Shown here: positions 1 to 13,949 of the stretch, one piece after another
Position numbering within the stretch: position 1 is the stretch's first letter
Layout of the letters: every line of letters begins with the position of its first letter
Source: Octopus sinensis
Taxonomy: Eukaryota
Direction of reading: 5' to 3'
Assembly: GCF_006345805.1 (NCBI RefSeq)
Contig: NC_043019.1
Location: 19,591,360-19,655,359 of the forward strand
Length of the DNA stretch: 64,000 bases
Translations under genes and position numbers: made by a program
The notes under the pieces: generated by a model
Told to the model about the DNA's origin: nothing
Databases searched by the model: none
What the model saw: the letters and a program-made list of their open reading frames with translations, nothing else

Positions 1-136
1 TATGTGTATATACAAATATATATCCTAAATTCCCTCTTACCTGGTGTGTGTGCATGCATGTGTATATAATTTCTCTTATCTGGTGTATACTTATATATAG
101 ATAGATGTGTTTGGATATGTGTGTATGTCCGTATTT

Positions 137-945
137 ATCATCTCCATCATTTAACGTCCGTTTTCCATGCTGGCATGGGGTTGCACGGTTTGACATGAAG
201 CTGACTCACTGTGGAGCTGTGCCAACTCCAATTGCCGTTATGAGATGGCTTCCACTGCCAGATGCCCTTCCTAACACCAATCACTTTACAGAGTTTGCTG
301 GGTGCTTTTTACATGCCACCAGCATGGGTGTATTTACATAGCACTGGCATGAGTACATTTTATGTGACATTGGCACCTGTAAAGCACAATTCTGGATGTA
401 TAGAAGACAGCAAGTTTACTTAGCTTGGTGCATCTTCTCAAGTACAGCAAATCATCCAGCATCCAGAGATCCTGTCTCACCACTTTGTCCCCCATCTTCC
501 TGGGTCTGCCCCTTCCACAGGTTTCCTCCATAATTGGAGCTTGACACTTCTTTGTGCAGCCGTCCTCATCCACATGTATCATATGACCATACTGTCTTCT
601 TTCTTGCACACCACATCTGATGCCTCCTCTTCTGCCCAATTTTTCTCTTAAATCCTTTATACTCTGTCATCCATGCATATAAAGAGGCAACCAGCAGAGC
701 ATGTCGGCTTCATTTCTTCCAAGCCTTTGCATTTCCTCCATAGTCCCAGTCTATGTTTCACTGCTACGTAGCAGAGCTGTCAGTATATGGACATCATACA
801 GTCTGCCCGTCACTCTGATATACACATCTGTATTGTCATTAATATTCTAAAGGTGTCAAGCTGGCAGAATCATTTACACACTGGGCAAAATGCTCAGGAG
901 TATTTCCTCCTTCCTTACTTTCTGAGTTCAGATTCCATTGCTGTC
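137..945 (-). mobile_element. RTE-clade LINE 3' fragment (ORF2 C-terminus, 3'UTR, GAT-type tail)
   Basis: Minus frame GIRCGVQERRQYGHMIHVDEDG..CGRGRPRK matches the RTE C-terminal R(L/W)xWxGHVxRM/GRPRK pattern. The left end is the reverse complement of the recurrent tail ...catggaaaacggacgttaaatgatg. Confidence 0.8.
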
Positions 946-1066
946 AACTTAGCCTTTCATCCTTTCAGAGTCAATAAAATAAGAACCGCTTGAGCAATGA
1001 GATTGATGTAATCAATTAAACCCCACTCCCCTTGCATTGCTGGCCTTGTTACCAAAATTTGAGACC
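946..1066 (+). mobile_element. SINE 3' half (family A)
   Basis: gcctttcatcctttcagagtcaataaaataag matches the central domain of the SINE copies at 8864-9078 and 12007-12202. Confidence 0.6.
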
Positions 1067-1423
1067 AAGATTCTAAATACAGTCATCATCATCATCATTA
1101 TCCTTTGATGTCTGTTTTCCACACTGACATTGTATGCATCTGTATTATCATTAATATTCTGAATACAATAGAAATGAGAGAAAGAGAAAGAAATGAAAAT
1201 ATAATTAAGAACACGTTTTATTAAATTAATAAAATCCAGGAACTGTAAGTGTCGTGAGAAGCAACGATCCATTTTAAATACAATAGAAACTATCTTTGTT
1301 TTATTGACAATTAACACAAATTCTTTTGATTCTAATTGACAATACACATTTTTCTTTCTTTTTTCTGGATGCCAATTGCTTGACGGTTCCACTTATTTAA
1401 GTATCAGATAACAGGGAGTTTAC

Positions 1424-1470
<47 letters not shown>

Positions 1471-1538
1471 AAAGTTTTCTATAGAATTCAGAGCTAGCAT
1501 GTGTGTGTGTGTGTGTGTTATATTTATACACACATGTA

Positions 1539-2809
1539 TTGGGGTGTCCGGAAAGTTTGTGCCGATTTTTAAAGGAAAGAAAAAGGTCAATAAATACTTG
1601 CCATTACATTTTTAATCAACCAAATATGAACCATTTCGTTGCACAATGCGTCTCCATCTTCCCTTTAACTTGAAAATACCCTCTTCCCAGAATTGAGGTG
1701 GTTTCATGGCAAAGAATTCATCAAGGTATCTTTTTACGTCATCCAAGGAATTGAAATTTTTACCATTAAGGCTATTCTGCAGAGACCTGAATAAGTGGAA
1801 ATCCGAAGGAGTAATATCTGGTGAATATGGAGGGTGGGGTAACACATCCCAGCCAAGCTGCAGCAATTTTTGTCTGGTTCCCAAAGAAGCATGTGGTCTT
1901 GCATTATCATGTTGGAAAACAACACCCTTCCTGTCGGCCAATTTTGGACGTTTCTCTTGAATTGCTGCTTTTAACTCATCCAGTTGTGTGTGTATTTCTC
2001 AGAATTAATTGTCTGGTTACTTGGGAGAATCTCATAGTACAGAATTCTTTTCCAATCCCACCAGACACAAAGCAAGACTTTTTTAGGGTGAAGACCCGCT
2101 TTTGGGGTGGCTAAGGATGGTTCATGTCGCCTACCCCAGGATTGCTTTCTCTGAACATTTCTGTAGATAATCCATTTCTCATCACCTGTCACAATTTGTT
2201 TTAAAAAAGGTATGTTTTCATTCCATTTATAAAGCAAATCACAGATGGAAATGTGATTCAAAAGGTTCTTCTCACTCAACTCATGTGGTACCCAAACATC
2301 GTAGTGATTTGTGTACCCAAGCTTTACCAGGAATGACAGATTTTGATAGGTTGAGGCTTTCTGCCAATTCTCGGGTTTTATGTGGGTTATTCTCAATTAA
2401 TGACTTGATTTGGTCATCATCTGCAGTGGATGGTCTGCCTGATCGTTCTTTATCAATAAGGCTACAATCTTCAGCTCGGAACCTTGCGAACCACTTCCAT
2501 ACAGTTCTTTCGGATAAAGAAACATCACTGTAAACTGCGCATATTTCTTTGGTTGCTTGTGAGGCATTTTCCCTTTACGGTAAAAGAAAAGCATCAAGTG
2601 TCGAAAATGAACTTTCTTATCTTCCATTTTAAAGGGTTACAGAATTAACACAGATTATAGGAACATAAACCTTCTTCCACGAAAAGATAGCTTAAACAGT
2701 GCTCTAAATGGAGGTGTAGTCAAATCCTATTTTATGGACTTAGCCATGTTCTAAAATAAGTCGAAAGGTAAGCTAGTATAAATCGGCACGAACTTTCCGG
2801 ACAACCCAA
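1539..2809 (-). mobile_element. Full-length mariner (DD34D, mellifera-subfamily-like), defective
   Basis: 30-bp TIRs at 1539-1568 and 2780-2809 with 2 mismatches; TA on both flanks; length 1271 bp. Confidence 0.95.
1612..2627 (-). pseudogene. Frameshifted mariner transposase
   Basis: Fragments MEDKKVHFRHLMLFFYRKGK, VPHEL, TGDEKW, HDNARPH and HPPYSPDITPSDFHLF are split over three ORFs. Confidence 0.95.
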
Positions 2810-2823
2810 TATATACTTGCACA

Positions 2824-2859
<36 letters not shown>

Positions 2860-2913
2860 TGTATGTATGTATAGGAATAATAGAAGTTGAAATATTTTAA
2901 TAAAATATTTGAA

Positions 2914-2954
2914 ACTTTAACCGGTTTCACAGTTTACACTGATTTTCAAAAAGT
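2914..2954 (-). ncRNA. Type-I hammerhead-like motif, U3-A8 core variant
   Basis: Minus strand reads acttt TTGAAAA tcag-tgtaaa-ctgt GAAA CCGG TT aaagt. Stem I is a perfect 5 bp; positions 10.1/11.1 are a U-U mismatch. Confidence 0.5.
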
Positions 2955-3762
2955 GGTTTAAAGTTTCCCCTGTTTTTATAGGAAGTTCATGGCACAAGTT
3001 AGTATATGTTTAGAATAGGGTTTGATTGGTAGAGAATAGTCACATGACTGGTCTTAGAAATCTTTGTAGGTTCTTAAGAATCAAGTGACAATGCTTGGTG
3101 TCTTAAGGCTGACACGGTTGACTGGACATGTCCAGACAATCCATGCTGTGAATGTTTTCTGTCAAGTGTTTGTAGAAAATGAACACATAATTAAGTTTAT
3201 AACTTTTTATATGTTTTCCGATGTCCATGTGTTAGTGTCATGTGGCCGTATAATTTGTGCCTAAAAAGAAGGCTGACACAGTTGAGTGGACATATTTAAA
3301 TATAATCAAGTGCTTTAATTATAACTAAACATGTTCACTCAACTGTGTCAGCCTTCATTTTAGGCGTAAAATATACTGTTTTTTGACATGGACGGACCGG
3401 ACGGAGCAGCGGGGAAACATAGAGAAGGTTTTAAACTTAATCATGTGTTCATTCTTTACAAACAACTCTTGACAGAAAACAGTCAGAGCATGGATTGTTT
3501 GGTACTGCCACCAGATGTGTTCAGTCAACCGAGTGAACCATAACTTACAATGTTAAACATTGTCACTTGATACTAACACACAGACATAGCAGAGAACCTA
3601 CAAACATTTCTAAGGCTAGTTGTGTGACTATCCTCTGCTGATCAAATCTTATTTAAAACATATACTAATTTCAACCATGAATTCCCTATAAAAACAGGGA
3701 AAACTTTAAAAAACTAGTCAGAAACAAGGCAGCTGCGACATAAGCCACGTCTTTCTATTTGA

Positions 3763-3803
3763 AATTTTTGAAAATCAGTGTAAATTGTGAAACCAGTTAA
3801 CTC
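3763..3803 (+). ncRNA. Degenerate mirror copy of the U3-A8 hammerhead-like motif
   Basis: aattt TTGAAAA tcagtgtaaattgt GAAA CCAG TT aactc; stems I and III are eroded. Confidence 0.35.
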
Positions 3804-4009
3804 TTCAAATATATTAATAAAAAGTATTTTAACTATTCTCAGTGCATTTTCAGTTTCTATTTTTCCTATATTTCTGCCCATAAGGAATAAAATAACTTTG
3901 TTTTCTATATATAGAGAGAGATTTGAATTTACCGATTATAAGAGCCATTATTTTCCTACCAGTTCTATTCACACAGAAAAGTATTGTATTGTGACCTTTT
4001 GAAAATATT

Positions 4010-4290
4010 CCCAAGGCTCAATGGCTCAGATTACATCAAGCATCAAGCGGCCCAAATGTTGGTATGAGTACTGGCACTGCAAACACAGTGTGGGCCACTG
4101 TTTTATTGAATGCAGAGAGTTCTGAGGTCCAGATTTTCTTTATTCAGCCATAATATTCTTTAGTGACATGTATTTTGTTACAGGTGTCATTGTAAGATGT
4201 GTTTTCATCCATCCCCAGACACCTGTAACATTCCTTGTCAGATACAGGGGAAACAGTCAAACCATTGATGGAAGTTTTACTTGTCTGGTT
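4010..4290 (-). mobile_element. R4/Dong-like LINE RT-region fragment
   Basis: Minus translation ..DKECYRCLGMDEN..VTKEYY..IKKIWTSELSAFNK..FAVPVLIPTFG resembles the R4-clade RT C-terminal part (YKYLG..EY..RxxIW..NK..AVPV). Confidence 0.6.
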
Positions 4291-4370
4291 TATAGTTTTC
4301 TCCCTTATGTATGTATGCATATATAATTATGTATGTGTGTGTGTATGTATGTATGTGTGTGTGTGTATGT

Positions 4371-5540
4371 ATGCATTCTTTGATGCTTGCACTGCCTTAG
4401 GATTGACAGTCAGTCTCAAGAAAACTGTTGTCATGTACCAACCTGCCCCTGGTAAGCAGTATAGTGAACCAAATATCTATGAGTATGGTAAACGACTTGG
4501 TGTAGTCAATCAGTTTGTCTACCTGGGAAGCACTGTTAATAGCTATAGCAATTTGGATGATGAAATTCCATAAGAATTAGGAAAGCAAGAGATGCTTTTG
4601 GAAAGCTAGAAAGGCATCTCTGAAGTTGGTGAGGAAGACAAAGATAAAAGGTGTACAAGGCATGTGTGCTCCCTTCTCTTCTTTATACCTGCGAGACGTG
4701 GGTCACATATTGATACCACCTTAAACAACTGGAACATTTCCATCAGATGTGTCTCAGATGGATCTATGGCATTAAGTGGGAGGACTGCGTCAGTGATCTT
4801 GAAATATTGGAAATCTCTCGGTGTGAAAGTATAGAAGCTCTTGTGTTGAGGTAAAGGCTCAGATGGAGTGGTCATCTAGTTGGGATGAAGGATTCAAGGA
4901 TTCCGAAACAACTCTTTTATGGAGAGTTAGCTAAAGGAGAACGACCTCCACATAAACCAAAAAAGAGGTATTAAGACTTGCTGAAGGTTTCCTTAGGAGA
5001 TGCTTGAATCTCTCCTGACACATAGGGAGGTATAGCTGTTGATTGTAGCAGGTGGAGAAGGATTGTGTATGAAGGGACAGCTACTTTTGAGAAATCTCGA
5101 GTTGCGCATGAAAAAGTAAGGAGGGATGTCAGGAAGGGCATCGCTGTTGCACTTCCAGAAGGGAAGGGTCTTCCTTTGATACTGACATGCAGTGTCTGTG
5201 CAAGACCCTGTCTCAGCAAAGCTGGACTCAAGAGTCATCTTCGTAGTCATAAAGCAAGACAGATGACAACCAGGCCGCTGCTGGTGGTGGTGGTGCTACA
5301 CACCATACTAATTATATTTGTCAGGTATGTAGAAGGGAGTGTAATTAGGCGGGAGGACTTAAACGACATGCAAAAGTACACAAAGCCCAATTACAACTAC
5401 AGCCAGCTATTGCCGGTAAAGGTTTTAGCTGCTAGTTCTGTAGATCTTTAGCTGGGCTAAAAAGTCACATTCGATCACAGCACCATTCACATGTAAGCCC
5501 CGTGCAATGGCCATACTCGATAACGAGGGGGCAGCCATCA
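4371..5540 (+). mobile_element. RTE (BovB/RTE-1-like) LINE 3' fragment with terminal C2H2-like fingers
   Basis: GLTVSLKKTVVMYQP, FVYLGSTV, LRWSGHLVGMKDSRIPKQLFYGEL and CSVCARPCLSKAGLKSHLRSH, with stops and frameshifts. Confidence 0.9.
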
Positions 5541-5859
5541 TGTATGTATGTCTGTGTGTGTGTATGTATGTATGTATGTATAGGTGTTTGCGTTAGTGTC
5601 ATACAAGCAATGTTGTTTCTGTTTGTTTGTAAAAAATGTGTCCATTAGAGGGAAATATTACATTGCTAGGAGACAAATGAGGGTTGATGATGGGGAGGGA
5701 AACCCACTACGAGACATCCACCCTCAAGCAATCGCGCAATCATGGAATTGTTCACATTTCAAAAAAGTTGTGGGTGGAAGGTGAAAGTAAAACACTTGGA
5801 AAAAGTAAATGACAATAAAGTAGTAAATATGTGCTCCTATGTGTGTGAATATGTACGTG

Positions 5860-7665
<1,806 letters not shown>

Positions 7666-8034
7666 GATTTTATATACATTGGAATACCCAGCATTGAGTA
7701 ATTATTGTTTCTGAGGAAACACATAAAGCCTGCATTTTTACCCACTCCATTTCATCAATTTGGATATATATATGTATATACACACACCTACATATACGTA
7801 TATATACATATGCACACATATATAGATACACCTTAGTATGCACACACACACACACAAAAACACACATATATATATACTGCTACATACATGAATATATACA
7901 TTCATCTGTACATGTATACATATATATATATATATGTATGCATGTTATTTGCGTGTGTGTGTGTGTATCTGTCTGTCTGTCTCTCTCTCTCTGTCTCTCT
8001 TTCTCTCTCTCTCTTTCTCTCTCTCTCTATGTAT

Positions 8035-8785
8035 ATATTGCTGGATATTCAACATCAATGTGCCTGTTCGACAGAGTGTAAGTATCTTGAGAGAAAAGTT
8101 GGTCATAAGAGGCATCGGATGTGGTGTGCAAGAGAGATGACTGCACTGGTATGGTCATGTGATGTGGATGAATGGGGACCGCTGTGTGAAAGAAGTGCCG
8201 ATCTCTAACTACTTAAAGAACCTGCTGCAGAGGTAGACCCATGAAGACATGGGAGGCAGTGGTGAAGCATGATCTTCAAACTTTGGGCCTCACAGAGACA
8301 AAGGCCAGTGACCAAGACCTTTGGCGATATGCTGTGCTTGACATGTGTCAAGCTAAGTGGAATCATAGTCAAGGCTGATGCTGGTGTCACATCACTGGCA
8401 TTTGTGCTGGTGGTACATAAAAAGCACCTTTTGAGTGTTGGGCCTCACAGAGCAAATTGGCTGAACTCCTTGCAAGTGTCAGGCCTCAAAGAGGCAATGA
8501 CCAAGACCTTTGGCATTATGGCATGCTTGAGAAGAAGACCCGTCAAGCCAAGTAAAACTGCAGTCAAGGCAGATACTGGTGTCACGCAAATGGTACCTGT
8601 GCTGGTGGCATGTAAAAGCACCTGTTACACTCACAGAATGGTTGGCATTAGGAAGGGCATCCAGCCATAGAAACAATGCCAAATCAGATTGGGGTCTGGT
8701 GCAGCCTTCCAACTTACCAGCCCTGGTCAAACCGTCCAACCCATGACAGCATGGTCAACAGATGCTAAATGATGATGATGATAAT
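8035..8785 (+). mobile_element. RTE LINE 3' fragment (GAT-tail family)
   Basis: LREKL..RGIGCGVQER..WYGHV C-terminus, the family 3'UTR, then gatgatgatgataatg. Confidence 0.85.
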
Positions 8786-8863
8786 GGGCATCCAACATTA
8801 TGTATACATATGTATATATATATATATATATATAACAATTATATATATATATATATATATATA

Positions 8864-9078
8864 TTTCTTTACTACCCACAGAGGGGACAAACAAGGACAG
8901 ACAAAGGGATTAAGTCGACTACATCGACCCCAGTGCGTAACTGGTACTTAATTTATCGACCCCGAAAGGATGAAAGGCAAAGTCGACCTCGGCGGAATTT
9001 GAACTCGGAACGTAACGACAGACGAAATACGGCTACGAATCTCGCCCGGCGTGCTAACGTTTCTACCAGCTCGCCGCC
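8864..9078 (-). mobile_element. tRNA-derived SINE (family A), near full length
   Basis: Minus strand: ggcggcgagctggtagaaacgttag (A-box-like), gagttcaaattcc (B-box-like), then gcctttcatcctttcggggtcgataaa. Confidence 0.85.
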
Positions 9079-9317
9079 TTTTATATATATATGTTGATAT
9101 ATCTTTTTCTTTTATGTATATATATATATATATATATATTCATTTCTATTTCTACTTTAAAATTTATTTATGCATTTATTTATTTATTTTAATTTTCAAA
9201 TTGTAAAAATTTAAAATTTTATATCTTTTTTATGTCTACAAAGGTATATAGTGATTTTGTGTGTGTGTGTATGTGAGTGAGTGTGTGTGTGTGTGTGTGC
9301 ACGTGCATACACACACA

Positions 9318-11745
9318 GCAGCAGGTTTCACATTATTCTGGGTTGAGAAGCCAAAGTGAGAAAAAAGGGAAGGTTGTGTTGGGTTTGCAATCAGAAGTGA
9401 TAAGCTAAAGGACCCAGAACAACCATAAAGCATAACAAAGGCATAATGAAACTCCGGGTCCCCCTTTTTTATGGACGTTTTGTAACTGCTTTCTCTATTT
9501 ATGCTCCTACACTTGCAGCTAGCGAGGGAAACATCCATGCATTTTATGAGGAGCTTAGAAGAAGTTTTCTGTCCGTCCCTTTGAATGAGAAGTTGGTTGT
9601 ACTTGGTGACTTTAATGTGTGTGTGTTGGTGGATACTATGGTGCTTGGAATCTTCTTGGGTGTTATGGAATAGGAAAGGTGGACGACAATGGATTGCATC
9701 TCTTACAAAGGTGCTCTTAGCTAGGTTTGGTCATTCAGAATCCTTTCTTTCCTCATAAGCTGGATTCACCCAAAATCAAAGCCAAGTCACATCATTGACT
9801 TTGTATTAACTCGGAAAGCTGACTTACAAGATTTGTGCAGTCTCAGGATATTGCAGAATATTCTGATCACAGAATATTTTGGGCTAATTTCAAGTTCAGA
9901 GTCCACAAGAAGATTCGGGGCAGTTTCACACCTCTCCTTGAAAAATGCATTTTTTTAAAAAACTTTTTTGGATTCCAATGTCAGAGGTTATGAATATGCA
10001 AAAAAAAAAAATATTTCTTTGATTTCATCTCCCGCTCCCTTCATTAAAATTTTTGATTTTGTTTACATTAAAAAGATTATAACGAACTGATGAGTATATA
10101 CAAATTGAAATTAAATCCAGGCAAAAACATTAAAGTGAAAAGAATTTGTGTTTTCCTTAAATTAATCGTAAATAATTATATAATGTAAATTAAATATACA
10201 CCACATCCCCATGTGAGCCATTTTATGAGAAACAAACATTAATATTTAATAAATAATGGTATAAAGTTTAATAAGGGGCTCAAATTTCACCCCCTCCCCC
10301 AATTTTAAACTTTGAACTTTTTCATCCATTTATTTTCCTATCTATTTATCCCTATCCGTTTATTCATAAAATATATTTGTCAACTAAATGTGGTGGTTCT
10401 ATAGAAGATGGTGTTACTGTTGTTTTTAGCCCCAGAAAGACATTCATATCTATCTATATACTTATTGAATTTAAATGTTTCAAAACATGGTTTCTTGCAC
10501 ATCCGGAATCTCCGACATCTAAAACATAGGGAAAAAAATTTCTAAAAAGTTCAAAATTTTAAATGGGAGGGGAGAGTGGTGGTGGTTGTTGGGTGGGAGG
10601 GGAATTTTGTTTGCATGTTTGTAATCTCCGACATCTAAAACATGGGAATCAAAAAAAAAAAGCTTTTAAAAATAATGCATTTTTCAAGGGGAGGTGTGAA
10701 ACTGCATTAGCCCTGAAGATTCATAATGCAGGTATACAAGTCCCAAAGAGAATTGATGTGGAGCAGCGAAAACACCACAAGTTTTTCAGTTGTTTCAGGA
10801 GAGATGCAACAATGTTCATTTTGATGGTCCATGGGAATCTTTTTGGGATGGAAGATATAAAATGGGATCAGAGGTTTTAGGTTTTAAGAGGAGACAGACC
10901 GAGACCGGTTTGATTCCAATGATATGGTAATAAATGAGCTTTTAGCAGCAAAGAGATCCACTCAGGAAAAGCTTCTTGACCCAAACGTAAAGAACAATGT
11001 GCAACTAGAAATGTTGTACCAGCCTCAGAATGCAGGCTTGCAAAAAGAATTTGGGAGGCTCAAAGACATTTGTTGGAGAAATTTGTCTGAGGAAATACCG
11101 GCGGCCTATGACAAGAAAGACATTAAAGAGTTTTATAGTTTATTGCGACAAGCTTTTGGACCCCAGTCTTCCTCATATGTTCCCTTGAAGTCAAAAGATG
11201 GAAATGAGGTTATCAAAGATCCTCCTTGAATAATGAATAGATGCAGAGAACACTTTGCAGATCTTTTCTGTAGTGAACATGGATATCATACCAGATATAC
11301 AAGTTTTTGTACATGGCATGCTGTAACTCAATTGAACAACATGTTTTCTTGGCTCAAATGAGATGGACTGGACATGTTATTAGAATGAAAGACGAGTGAT
11401 TGCCAAAGCATCTTTTTTATGGTGAGCTCAACTCTGGTAAGCGGTCACAACATAAACCGGGAAAAGGTATAAAGACTGTGTGAAGGAAAACCTGAAGAAA
11501 CTAGATATGAACAAAAGTGATTGGGAAACTGATGTTATGGATTGGAACAAGTGAAGAGGTGCTGTTAGGACTGGTTGCAATTCCTGGGAGGAAAAGATGA
11601 TTCAGCAGTCTGAACTTAAAAGAGTCTGCCGCAAAGGAACAATTGGAACTGGAATGAACAGTGAACATTGGATATGGATTATATGTGACCGTGTTCTGTT
11701 GTCAAAAGCAGGATACGTGAATCAAATGAAGTCACAGGAAAATTG
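9318..11745 (+). mobile_element. RTE LINE with AP endonuclease and C-terminus but RT core deleted; interrupted by a DNA element
   Basis: APE motifs SIYAPT and VLGDFN (9446-9620); linker up to REHFADLF (~11270); then direct jump to MRWTGHVIRMKD..LFYGEL. Confidence 0.85.
9917..10713. mobile_element. Non-autonomous DNA transposon with GGG-starting long TIRs and 8-9 bp TSD (Mutator- or Merlin-like)
   Basis: TIR ggg(ctaat)gcagtttcacacctc(t/c)ccttgaaaaatgcatt at both ends. gaagattc is duplicated at 9909-9916 and 10715-10722. Removing the insert restores the RTE frame FRVHKKIHNAGIQVPKRID. Confidence 0.85.
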
Positions 11746-12006
11746 TAATGGCCAGGGAGGTGATGATCTTGGACACCAACTGCCTCTTTGCATGTCCTCT
11801 GCAATCAGGGCTATTTCTTGCATGCCCTGCCACCGCATAACAGGTATATTGGATCCTTTATCGTGAATAGCTGTTACATAGTGGCAGGGCGTGCTAGAAA
11901 TAGCAGCCAAATCTTTGGAAGTGAGATAATGTTGAATGCACTCGAAAATATCATAAGAAAAAAAACTATTTTACATCGAGATTATGAAGTTCATGACATG
12001 ATTATA

Positions 12007-12202
12007 AGGCGGCGAGCTGGCAGAATCGTTAGGACGTCGGGCGAAATGCTTAGCGGTATTTTGTCTGCCGCTACGTTCTGAGTTAAAATTCCACCGAGGT
12101 CGACTTTGCCTTTCATCCTTTTGGGGTCGATAAATTAATTACCAGTTGCGTACTGGGTCTATCTAATTGCCTCTTTTTGGCCTTGTGCCTTGAATAGAAA
12201 GG
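12007..12202 (+). mobile_element. tRNA-derived SINE (family A)
   Basis: Same head, B-box-like sequence and central domain as 8864-9078. Confidence 0.85.
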
Positions 12203-13104
12203 ATATATATATGTTTATGTATGTATGTATGTGTTTGTATGCATGTATGTATGCAGATGTGTATATGCGTATGCATGTATATATGTGTATACACATGTAT
12301 GTATATGAGCATTTACATATGTAAGTGTGTAGACGTGTCTGCGTGTGTGTATATGTATATGTAAACGTATGTTTATTGTACTGATATGTGTGTCTGTCCA
12401 TGTTATATATATGACTGTTACTCTGTCGAAGTTTGTACGTATATATATATATATATATTCACTGTAAAAAACAAAAAAAACATTGTATTTTTTCGTTGTC
12501 AAATCCGTCTAATTGAAAGGTTAGAGATTCTTCCCTTCAAGGACGAAGTTAAATTCAGAACATTTTCCCATTATGTACCATTTTGGGCATTTATACCCCC
12601 AAACCCCAAATATCTCAATAACTGCTGCTCTAATTTACGTGAAACTTATTTCATTTCGTTCCTATTAACATTTCAGGTTAATCTTAATTCATAGTATTTT
12701 CCCATTATGCGCCAGTTTGCATTGCAAGCAAGACTGAAACTGACTTTTAATGGATTATAGATATGACAGGCTTTCCAGATTCATTAGCCTGGTGTTGTAA
12801 TTACCATTCTATAATTTAGATGCCATGTTGAGGATTTAATTGTCTTCGAAGCTCTTTCCAGCATTCTGCTGACTGTGTAGCTTACACGGCATTAAAAAAG
12901 ATTAATTTGAATGATCAGATTGTAAAAGTCTTGAAACATTAGTCTCCTGGATTTATGAATATCAACGTTCCAAATAAGGACCAATAATATCAAATATGGA
13001 AAACCCTTAATGTGAAAGATCAAATTTGACGAAAACAGGTTTGGAAGAAAAGCTATTTCTAATTTACACACACCATCTGTGTGTGTGTGTGTGTGTGTGT
13101 GTGT

Positions 13105-13465
13105 TAGGATGGAGGAAATTCAGAGAGCTGCCCTGTTGACTATGAAAGCTTTCTCTCTCCAGGCAAAAGGGAGATTGTATGATGCATGGTAGTTTGATGT
13201 GGGCCCTGATTGCAGAGGACATGCCAAGATTAGAAAGGAATGAGGCTAGTATGCTCTGCTGGATGAGTGCCAGTGTATTGAGAGAGAAGTAAAATCCCCC
13301 AATGCAGTGCTATGTAAAATCACCCTGTAAAGTGGTTGGCGTTAAGAAGGGCATCAAGCTAAAGGAACCCTGCCAAATCCGACTGGAGCTCTCTAGCTTG
13401 CTGGCTCTGGTCAAACTGTCCAACTCATAGATAATGGATGTTGGATGCTGCTGATGATGATGATA
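13105..13465 (+). mobile_element. RTE LINE 3' fragment
   Basis: GRLYDAW..WALIAEDMPRLERNEASML, followed by the family tail. Confidence 0.75.
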
Positions 13466-13489
13466 TGTGTGTGTGTGTGTGTGTTAGAT

Positions 13490-13655
13490 TAAGTGCAGAT
13501 GTAGCTGTGTAGTAAGAAGTTTGCTTTCCACGCACATCATTAGGGTTTCAATCACACTGCATGGCACCTTGGGTATGTTCCTTCTAGCATAACCCTGAAC
13601 TGACCAAAACTTTGTGAATGAATTTGCTAGATGGAAACTGAAAGAAGCCTGTCTT
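13490..13655 (+). mobile_element. SINE family B (CORE-like), 5' part
   Basis: gctgtgtagtaagaagtttgct...ggcaccttggg...ggaaactgaaagaagcc; similar to 19563-19968. Confidence 0.7.
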
Positions 13656-13949
13656 ATATATATATATATATATATATCAAAACAGGAGATTGGAAACTGG
13701 TTGGCATTATTTATTCACCATTACATGTGTTCCATTTGCTAAAAGGAGTTACAAAATTGTACATGTAGGAAGAAACATGTAAGATCTCTCCTGTTAGAAA
13801 TATTTTGAAGAGGACACAGCTGGGGTTTTAACTTTATCTACATATTGTGTGGACAGGGATTAAGTATATGTATGTATGAAGCAATGTGTATGTGTATATT
13901 TTACGTTGTTTATGTATGTGTGTGTGTGTGTGTGTATGAGGCTATCAAA

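Larger units (their letters stand above)
2885..3835. repeat. ~950-bp degenerate foldback palindrome centred near 3312
   Basis: Nested complementary blocks (approx.): 2900-2950/3765-3820, 2960-2993/3675-3710, 3100-3205/3425-3530 and 3257-3306/3318-3366. Confidence 0.85.

Noticed and set aside
8864-9078. tRNA gene
   Set aside because: A/B-box-like head continues into a repeated SINE body; no cloverleaf.
12480-13060. Non-repetitive-looking stretch with a possible acceptor at about 12676
   Set aside because: Stops follow quickly; no donor or homology recognised.
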